A DNA stretch of 64,000 nucleotides from Rhodothermales bacterium. Its GTDB lineage: Bacteria; Bacteroidota; Rhodothermia; Rhodothermales; VXPQ01. A program made the translations under genes and the position numbers. The notes under the pieces were generated by a model. That model had not been told where the DNA came from and made no database searches. It saw only the letters and a program-made list of their open reading frames with translations. Where the stretch lies: positions 1,082,844-1,146,843 of the forward strand of contig OZ220686.1 of assembly GCA_965116435.1 (NCBI GenBank), in the 5' to 3' direction. Shown here piece after piece: positions 57,526 through 64,000 of the stretch. Position 1 is the stretch's first letter. Each line of letters begins with the position of its first letter.

Positions 57526-59912
57526 TGCAACCCCAGCAGCAATCCGCCCTGATACACCAGGAGCGAGCACAGATACCCGAGCCCGGTCATGTAGAACCAC
57601 ATGACGGCCGGCCAGCGCCATGTGTTCGTTTCGCGGCGGGCAATGGCCAGGGTGCTCATGCATTGCAGCGCAAACACGAAGAACACCAGCAGGCTCACCG
57701 CCACCAGCGGCGTAAACACGGGCCGCCCGTCGGGATACCGGTCCGCCTTGAGTTGATCGCGCAAAACGGGGCTGGCTTCGTCCGCATCGCCCACGCTGTA
57801 GAGCGTAGCAAGGGTGCTCACAATCACTTCGCGCGCCGCAAACGCCGCAATAATGCCCGCGGTAATCTTCCAATCGAAGCCAAGGGGCTGCATGACAGGC
57901 TCCAGCGCCCGCCCGAACCGCCCGATGAAACTGTTCCGAATCCGGTAACTGGCTTCGGCGTCGGCCAATAGCGCCGAACCGGCTTCGTACTTCTCCTCGG
58001 CGCGATGCAGCGTTTCGGCAAGGGCCACCTGGCCAGGGTGTTCCGTACGCAACGCGTCCAGGGCCAGGCGATCCCCGGAATCGGCAGCGAGCAAACGCAT
58101 CGCCTCCGCCACGGGAGGGCGGGCCCGCACGGCGGCGACATCCGCGCCTTCCTGCGCGGCGACGCGATCGTATGCGTCCTGCCGCTGCGCTTCGACGGCC
58201 GTGCGTTGCTCCACCAGGTCCTGGCTGAACGGCGTAGCGGGATAACTGGCCAAAAACCAGAGCGCAATGCTCAGCGAAAAGATGATCTTCCCGGCGCGAT
58301 ACACGAACACTTTGGAGCGCCCGATCATGCGCCAGCACAGATAACGCACCTTCGGCCTCCGGTACGGGGGCAATTCCATGGCGAAAAACGAAGCCGACCC
58401 CTTGAACACGTATCGTTTCAGAATCCAGGCCGCCGCGAACGCCGTCAGGGTTCCGATGAGATACATTGCGAACATCGTCAAGCCCTGATAGCCGAACACG
58501 CCGAACAGTTTGTCCCCCGGAATAAACGCGGCGATGAACAGGGTATACACCGGCAGACGCGCCGAGCAACTCATCAGCGGGGCCACCATGATCGTGATGA
58601 TCCGGTCGCGTTCGTTGTCGAGCGTCCGGGCCGCCATGATCCCGGGAATGGCGCACGCGAAACTGCTCAAAAGCGGCACCACCGAACCGCCGCTGAGTCC
58701 CACCCTGCTCATCAGCCGGTCCATGATAAACGCGGTCCGGGCCATGTACCCGGTATCCTCCATCAACCCGATGAAGAAAAACAGCAACAGAATCTGCGGC
58801 AAAAAGATCAATACGTTGCCCACGCCCGTAATCGCGCCTTCGACCAAGAGGTCCGTCGCGACGCCGGCGGGTAGCGTAGTCCGCGCCAGGGCGCCCAATC
58901 CTCCCACGGCGGCTTCAATCAGGTCCATGGCCGGAATAGCCCAGGAAAAGACCGCCTGGAACACAATGAGCAGGACCCCCAGAAAGACCGGAAGGCCAAA
59001 GATGCGGTGGGTCAGCACAGCGTCCAGACGGTCCGACCAGGTCCGGCCTGAGGAAGCCGTGCGACGAGACGTTGCCTGCGCGACGATCGGGCCGAGCCAG
59101 TCGTAGCGGCCCGTCATTTCCGCCTGCCGGTACGGCGCCTTGCGCGCTTCCATAGCCTCCCGGGCCGCCAGCGCCGCGGCATGAAACACCGGGGCCCGCT
59201 CTTCCCAGCGCGCCAGGGCTTTCTCGTCGCCCAGGACATGCAACGCCTCGCTGAACCGATGCGCCTCCGGCAGGTCGGGCGCATGCTCGGCAAGCGCTTC
59301 GCATAGCGGTTCCACCTGCGCCGCCACCACGGGCATCAGCGACCAGCGCCGCGCCGGAGCAGGCGCGGGCGCCTCGAACATCGCGCGGCGCAACGCGTCG
59401 AGGCCCTCCTTCCTAATCGCCGCCATCGGCGCGACCGGCAGGCCCAATGCCGCCGCAAGCGCTTCCGCATCGATGTCCAGATCGCTCTCCCGCACCGAAT
59501 CCATCATATTCAGCGCCACAACCACCGGAAGCCCCAGGTCTATCACCTGCGAAACCAGATACAGGTTGCGCTCCAGGTTCGTAGCGTCCACTACGCAAAT
59601 GGCCAGATCGGGCGGCGCCTCGCCCGCAATGCGGCCGGTGAGCATATCGTAGGCGATCTGCTCGTCCAGCGACCGGGGATTCAGGCTGTAGACACCCGGC
59701 AAATCCACGACTTCGACCTGTTCGGCCCCGATAAGCCGTCCGCTCTTGCGTTCGACGGTAACGCCCGGGTAATTCGCGACTTTTTGCCGCCGCCCCGTCA
59801 GGAGGTTGAATACGGTCGTCTTCCCTACGTTGGGGTTGCCGATCAGGGCAACCCGGCGCAAGGCAGGCGACCTATCCGTCAACGAGGAAACGGATTCATG
59901 CGCGCTTGACAC
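57522..59912 (-). CDS. feoB: Ferrous iron transporter B
   Basis: The N-terminal G-domain reads VALIGNPNVGKTTVFNLLTG, VANYPGVTVE and VVDLPGVYSL. A polytopic membrane domain follows. Confidence 0.95.
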   Translation of the reverse strand: MSSAHESVSSLTDRSPALRRVALIGNPNVGKTTVFNLLTGRRQKVANYPGVTVERKSGRLIGAEQVEVVDLPGVYSLNPRSLDEQIAYDMLTGRIAGEAPPDLAICVVDATNLERNLYLVSQVIDLGLPVVVALNMMDSVRESDLDIDAEALAAALGLPVAPMAAIRKEGLDALRRAMFEAPAPAPARRWSLMPVVAAQVEPLCEALAEHAPDLPEAHRFSEALHVLGDEKALARWEERAPVFHAAALAAREAMEARKAPYRQAEMTGRYDWLGPIVAQATSRRTASSGRTWSDRLDAVLTHRIFGLPVFLGVLLIVFQAVFSWAIPAMDLIEAAVGGLGALARTTLPAGVATDLLVEGAITGVGNVLIFLPQILLLFFFIGLMEDTGYMARTAFIMDRLMSRVGLSGGSVVPLLSSFACAIPGIMAARTLDNERDRIITIMVAPLMSCSARLPVYTLFIAAFIPGDKLFGVFGYQGLTMFAMYLIGTLTAFAAAWILKRYVFKGSASFFAMELPPYRRPKVRYLCWRMIGRSKVFVYRAGKIIFSLSIALWFLASYPATPFSQDLVEQRTAVEAQRQDAYDRVAAQEGADVAAVRARPPVAEAMRLLAADSGDRLALDALRTEHPGQVALAETLHRAEEKYEAGSALLADAEASYRIRNSFIGRFGRALEPVMQPLGFDWKITAGIIAAFAAREVIVSTLATLYSVGDADEASPVLRDQLKADRYPDGRPVFTPLVAVSLLVFFVFALQCMSTLAIARRETNTWRWPAVMWFYMTGLGYLCSLLVYQGGLLLGLQ

Positions 59913-60117
59913 GGATCATCGCGGCTTCGTGCTTGCGGATCGAGAGATGATATCCGCGCACTTTCAGATCAATGGGGTCGCCCAGCGGAGCATATCGCAC
60001 GACCTCGACAGGCGTACCGGACAACAGGCCCATTTCTAACAAACGACCGGGCGGGACAGGGCCTGCAAAGCCCGTCACGATCCCGCACTCTCCGGGTTCA
60101 AGTTCTTTCAGCGTCAT
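59896..60117 (-). CDS. feoA: FeoA-family small protein
   Basis: 73 aa. LKELEPGECGIVTGF..LLEMGLLSGTPVEVVRYAPLGDPIDLKVRGYHLSIRKHEA fits the FeoA SH3-like fold pattern. It overlaps the feoB start. Confidence 0.85.
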   Translation of the reverse strand: MTLKELEPGECGIVTGFAGPVPPGRLLEMGLLSGTPVEVVRYAPLGDPIDLKVRGYHLSIRKHEAAMIRVKRA

Positions 60118-60344
60118 AATGCGATGGCCGGACTGCCGAAAATGCGCATGGCCAGTTCGCGCCGAAGACCGATGCGGCTATCGGACACGCGGACGATCAG
60201 CTTATCGGAATTTTGCAGGATAGCCACCTGTGTGCCTTCGCGCAGGCCCAGTTCGCGCATGCGCTGCGCCGTAGCGGGATCAAGACCCAAAAAGGCCAGC
60301 TTGACGTCAATGCCGTGGCCAAAACTGGTGAGGGGCGCCATCAT
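60114..60344 (-). CDS. feoA: Second FeoA-family protein
   Basis: The internal Met at 60344 gives MMAPLTSFG..RMRELGLREGTQVAILQNSDKLIVRVSDSRIGLRRELA. Its stop overlaps the next feoA start. Confidence 0.7.
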   Translation of the reverse strand: MMAPLTSFGHGIDVKLAFLGLDPATAQRMRELGLREGTQVAILQNSDKLIVRVSDSRIGLRRELAMRIFGSPAIAL

Positions 60345-60662
60345 TGCTTTCCGTAAAGATACCGTGTAGAGATACAGAACATCTGGAGAACCCCGCCAAT
60401 TTAGACTTAATACAAATAAAGAGTGCATTAATTTTATATCTTCACGAAATCTTCATGATGCCTGTGATTTGCGCCAAAAATCCCCTGATTCAGAAAATTT
60501 CAAGCGCATAGCAAACGCTGCAAAAGCCTTCGCGCCTGCATAACCTAAAAAAGTAAGGCCGGAGATTTCTCGACTTAAAAAATTAAGGTTGGGTGTGGAT
60601 ACTCGAGGAAACCAAGGCCCCGTGCAGGGTAGCGGACGCGGCGCTGCCCTCCTCCCGTATCC

Positions 60663-63305
60663 TCAATTCAGGAAATTGTAATTCAGTTTGATGAGGAATG
60701 CATTCTCCGGGAAGGCCTCGAAGGTATCGCCGAATTGGTCGCCTGTCGAGCGGTCGTACGGGGAAGCGGCCCTGGGCGAAAGCGGATTCAGGGTGTCTTC
60801 CGCGTTCCGCCCGTGCGTCCAGACAATGAACAACGCCGAGCCGGGGCGGTATTCCCAACGCAACACAAGGTTGGAGTGCAGGCTGCTGAACGTAAATTCG
60901 TCCCGCTTCGGATACGCGTCGAAATCGAGCAGCGCGTCCCGATCCGGATGGAGCTGGAAACGGTCATACCGGCCCCGCGCGGCGAAAATCTGGCTGTAGA
61001 GCTGCACGGACAACCGGGGCGTCAGGGTAAACGCGCCGCGCAGCGTAATGTCCGTCGAGCGCGTATCCCGCGCCCCGAACACGGACACGTAATACTGGTC
61101 CGGGACCGTCGGCTCGACGCCGGAAAGGAGCGCGTTCAGCGTTCCCCGGTCGTCGAACGCCCTGAAATCCGCCGCGTCCAGATCATCCGGGTGGGCCGCG
61201 TCCTCCCCAATGGACCAGCCGGAGCCGGAACGCCAAAATGTTTCGTTGGCGGACCAGGCCAGCACGTCGCGCTCCCAGGCGCCTTCGATTTCGCTGGACA
61301 ACGACAACCGGTTGCTGACATTCCACTGCCCTTCCAGGCTTATTTCGGATTCCGTGCCGCCGTTGCCGTAAAACGTCAAATCCACGCCCGGCTCCACTTG
61401 CCAGTTGCGCCGTTCGTCGGTTTCGAATTGCCCCTGCACCGCAAAACTTCCCGGCGGAGACCAGGGCAACAAACCGCGCGTCTCGTACAAATCGTACCCC
61501 CCGAACGGATTCTCGTATTCGAAACCCAGAATCATGGACCGGAAACTCCGAAACGTCCACCGGGACCCAATATCGAATCGCTGCCCGAGGTCCAGTCCTT
61601 CCCGGTACGAAAATTCCTGCACGAAGAAAAACCGGGCGCCGCCGCGCAGGAACGGGCCAAAGGACCTTCCGCCCCGGACCGAGTACGACCCCGAAGAAAT
61701 AAACGCGATAAAATTATCCTCGCGAAGCTGGCCCGTATCGTTCGGGTTAAAGGCGTCGCTGAATACGTCCAGTCCGGCGAAGCCGCGCACGGTCCCTTGC
61801 CGTTTGCGAAGCCACGCTTTGCTGGCGAACCCGGTCTCCCCGGCGATATCCGTATCGATCTGATTCCTGTTCGCCACCGAAAAGAAGCCCTCGACGCCGT
61901 ACCGGTTCTGCAGAAAACGCAAATCCCAGTCCATGCCCGCTGTCAGGCTACGCAACCGATTCTCCTCCTCCCCGGCGTCGCCCCCCTCGAACAGCGTCGC
62001 GATGCCGCCCACGGACGACCAGGAGCCGACTTGTTGAATCACCCGCCCGACGCCATACCCTCGCGAAGGGCTGAAATCGGACCCCGTAACCGCTCCCAGT
62101 ACGCCGAAGGAAAGGCCCGATCCGGTGCGCCCGGACAGCTTCCCGGCGCCGATAATAGGCGCATCCGCCCCAATGCGGCGCGTATACAGGAGCCGCCCGG
62201 GCCCCACGGAAAAATCGTAGATATTGATCCCCTCCACAAAGAAGGGTCGGCGCTCCTGAAAGAAGGTCTCGAACGCCGTCAGGTTCAAGACCGCCGGATC
62301 CGCCTCGACCTGCCCGAAATCGGGATTGATCGTGGCGTCCAGCGTAACATTCGTGCCCAAACCGATCTTCAGGTCGCCGCCGATATCGAAGGTGCCGTCG
62401 CGGACGCGTTCGCCGGCGACCTCCTCGCTTTCGAGCGTATGCAGGCCGGTCACGGTATACGGTATGATTTGCACATTGCGGCGGGGCTTCACGTCCCGAA
62501 TGCCTTCCAGGCGCCCGAACTGGGCCACCAGGTTGGTGCGCTGCGTACGGGGCACATGGGGCCACTCGGATTGTTCGCCGAGCCGGGGAATCCGGCGCGT
62601 GAAGTGAATGCCCCAGGTCTGCACGGGAGCCTCCGAGAAACGCAACATGCTGTACGGAATGCGCAGCTCGGCGGACCACCCGGCCTGCGTGACGCGTACG
62701 TCCGAATACCATACGGCGTCCCATGAAGGATCCATGCCCCGGGGTGCGTTGCTATTGCCGCCCCCGCCGCCTCCGCCGCCGCCCGATCCGCCCCCGCCGC
62801 TGCTGGTCCCCGTCTGGAGCGCATCGAACTGCACCCCGGCGGCGTTCACCCCAAACACATAGGCGGTGCGCCGGTCGAACCAGGCGTCCACGGCCACCAG
62901 AAACCAATCGGCCCGGTTGAAATCGTCCCGCCGCCCGAGCGCCTTTTCGATGGCGCCCGGCTCCTCGTCACGGAGCAACGCCCCCACGTACAGGTAATTC
63001 GCGCCATACAACACGCGCACTTCCGTATCCCGGGACGCAGGCGCGCCGTCCACCGGCTCGTATTGCCGGAAACCGGATATCGCCGCCGCCCGTTGCCAGG
63101 CGGCTTCGTCCAGCAACCCGTCAAGCACGATCTCTTCTTCGACGAACAGGGCCTGCATGACGCCCTCGTTTCCCTGCTCCATCGGAGGCGATGGGGCGCT
63201 CGTCTGGGCCGAAGCCTCGAAAACGCCCCCCGCACACCATGCGGCGCACAGGCCGACGACAAGCGCCTGGGCCCAGTGCTGGCGAATCGGACAATACGGT
63301 TTCAC
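60663..63305 (-). CDS. DUF5916 / carbohydrate-binding-family-9-like outer-membrane protein
   Basis: The N-terminal CBM9-like part is IVLDGLLDEAAWQRAAAISGFRQYEPVDGAPASRDTEVRVLYGANYLYVGA. A large beta-rich body follows, ending ..FLIKLNYNFLN. The likely GTG start at 63305 gives (M)KPYCPIRQHWAQALVVGLCAAWCAGGVFEASAQ. The ATG of the listed ORF (63512) lies far upstream of any signal peptide. Confidence 0.7.
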   Translation of the reverse strand: MKPYCPIRQHWAQALVVGLCAAWCAGGVFEASAQTSAPSPPMEQGNEGVMQALFVEEEIVLDGLLDEAAWQRAAAISGFRQYEPVDGAPASRDTEVRVLYGANYLYVGALLRDEEPGAIEKALGRRDDFNRADWFLVAVDAWFDRRTAYVFGVNAAGVQFDALQTGTSSGGGGSGGGGGGGGGNSNAPRGMDPSWDAVWYSDVRVTQAGWSAELRIPYSMLRFSEAPVQTWGIHFTRRIPRLGEQSEWPHVPRTQRTNLVAQFGRLEGIRDVKPRRNVQIIPYTVTGLHTLESEEVAGERVRDGTFDIGGDLKIGLGTNVTLDATINPDFGQVEADPAVLNLTAFETFFQERRPFFVEGINIYDFSVGPGRLLYTRRIGADAPIIGAGKLSGRTGSGLSFGVLGAVTGSDFSPSRGYGVGRVIQQVGSWSSVGGIATLFEGGDAGEEENRLRSLTAGMDWDLRFLQNRYGVEGFFSVANRNQIDTDIAGETGFASKAWLRKRQGTVRGFAGLDVFSDAFNPNDTGQLREDNFIAFISSGSYSVRGGRSFGPFLRGGARFFFVQEFSYREGLDLGQRFDIGSRWTFRSFRSMILGFEYENPFGGYDLYETRGLLPWSPPGSFAVQGQFETDERRNWQVEPGVDLTFYGNGGTESEISLEGQWNVSNRLSLSSEIEGAWERDVLAWSANETFWRSGSGWSIGEDAAHPDDLDAADFRAFDDRGTLNALLSGVEPTVPDQYYVSVFGARDTRSTDITLRGAFTLTPRLSVQLYSQIFAARGRYDRFQLHPDRDALLDFDAYPKRDEFTFSSLHSNLVLRWEYRPGSALFIVWTHGRNAEDTLNPLSPRAASPYDRSTGDQFGDTFEAFPENAFLIKLNYNFLN

Positions 63306-63845
63306 GGGTGCTATCGTTTTTGTGGGGGGCGTACGGACAATACGAGCAATACGGCGGGCGCCCGCAAGGCCCGGTTGCAACGCCTCGCCGTGCGTAAGGG
63401 CCCGGCGAGCGTGGCGAACATTCTTACCTTGACTCCATTGTTGCGATGCCTCGCCGCGCGAACCGGCAAGGCGTGGAGCATTAGACTCCCGCATGCCGCC
63501 CGTACATTCCATCGACCGGATTTCCTGCGCGCGGACTGTGCTGGTTTAGTATTTACTTGACAGTCCGCCCGAAAACCGTCCCCGCACAAGACAGACTCCG
63601 AAGCAGGCTGCCATGTGTTTGCAAGACGCCCAAAGACAAGACACCGAAAAAACAGAGGGCAATCTGGTCTTTGCGGACGTACCCAGCGCATTCTGTAATA
63701 TAATTTCGGACGTCGGGTTTCAGAAAGCATTAAAAAATACGCCTGTATCCTGTATTTTATAATCTGATTGTCCGAATTTCCCGGATCATGCCTGTTATTA
63801 TAGCGGTGTCCGCTTCGCCATCCCCGAATCCTCTGTGACGAACCC

Positions 63846-64000
63846 CATGCATCCCGGAATCCGCCGTGCAAAAAGGCGCGCCGCGCTTGCGATCCTCTGT
63901 GTTTGCCCGATCCTGCTCCTGACGTTTCCCGCCGCCGCGCAGCAAACGGGAGCCTACGTCGCCCCGAGCGCCCCCGGCGCCGCCGACCCGGGCGCGGCCC
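63846..64000 (+). CDS. 5' end of an exported protein (runs off the right edge)
   Basis: MHPGIRRAKRRAALAILCVCPILLLTFPAAAQQ is a signal peptide. The frame is open to the window end, so the ORF is not in the track. Confidence 0.45.

Noticed and set aside
60345-60662. Fur box upstream of feoA-feoA-feoB
   Set aside because: The region is AT-rich and contains TTAATGCACTCTTTATTTGTATTAA with TTAAT/ATTAA ends. It does not match the GATAATGATAATCATTATC consensus well enough to call by eye.
62755-62810. GC-rich low-complexity tract (CCGCC repeats) inside the DUF5916-like gene
   Set aside because: It is in frame and encodes a flexible SSGGGGSGGGGGGGGGNS linker between the CBM9-like head and the barrel. 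This is ordinary low-complexity coding sequence.

Overview
High-GC (about 65% by hand spot counts) bacterial chromosome segment. It probably comes from a Bacteroidota/Rhodothermota-like organism, inferred from a T9SS C-terminal sorting domain, an HmuY plus TonB-dependent receptor pair and a DUF5916-type outer-membrane protein.

Backbone genes, left to right:
- a giant Calx-beta/T9SS surface protein that runs off the left edge and is missing from the ORF track
- an HmuY/TonB receptor pair
- an FAD oxidase, an SDR and a solute-binding protein
- a small vapBC/abiE islet
- an M28-PDZ peptidase and a TolB-like protein
- an MFS sugar porter and a LysR regulator
- a two-gene haloacid dehalogenase unit
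- a thiamine operon (thiO-thiS-thiG-sulfatase-thiE-thiD)
- a cytochrome c/beta-barrel fusion with a pentahaem cytochrome
- a metal block (CDF, czcCBA-like RND, feoAAB)
- a DUF5916-like outer-membrane protein
- three tRNA genes: Leu-CAG, Asn-GTT and Arg-ACG

The main accessory feature is a lower-GC island of about 14.7 kb, placed directly 3' of tRNA-Asn (19.3-34.0 kb). It carries one tightly coupled seven-gene defence operon that looks like BREX type 3: brxF, brxC/pglY, pglXI-type methylase, helicase, pglZ and a small terminal protein.
- It has an extra AlbA_2/HATPase_c_4/wHTH gene.
- Its helicase is DinG-like and fused to a PD-(D/E)xK nuclease-like module.
- It contains an AT-richer methylase-core plus helicase segment.
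- It has no integrase and no att repeat.

The second theme is a hairpin-ended MITE-like element of about 250 bp. It is present as 5 full copies, 2 truncated copies and 2 isolated terminal hairpins. Copies sit at gene ends and stop codons. A pair of inverted terminal hairpins brackets the dehalogenase genes.

Several unexplained repeat arrays are also present:
- an AT-rich 3x palindromic unit
- 34-bp and 37-bp tandem arrays
- a 115-119 bp promoter-region duplication
- an in-frame 21-bp array inside thiE

All calls come from reading and translating the sequence by eye. No database search was possible.
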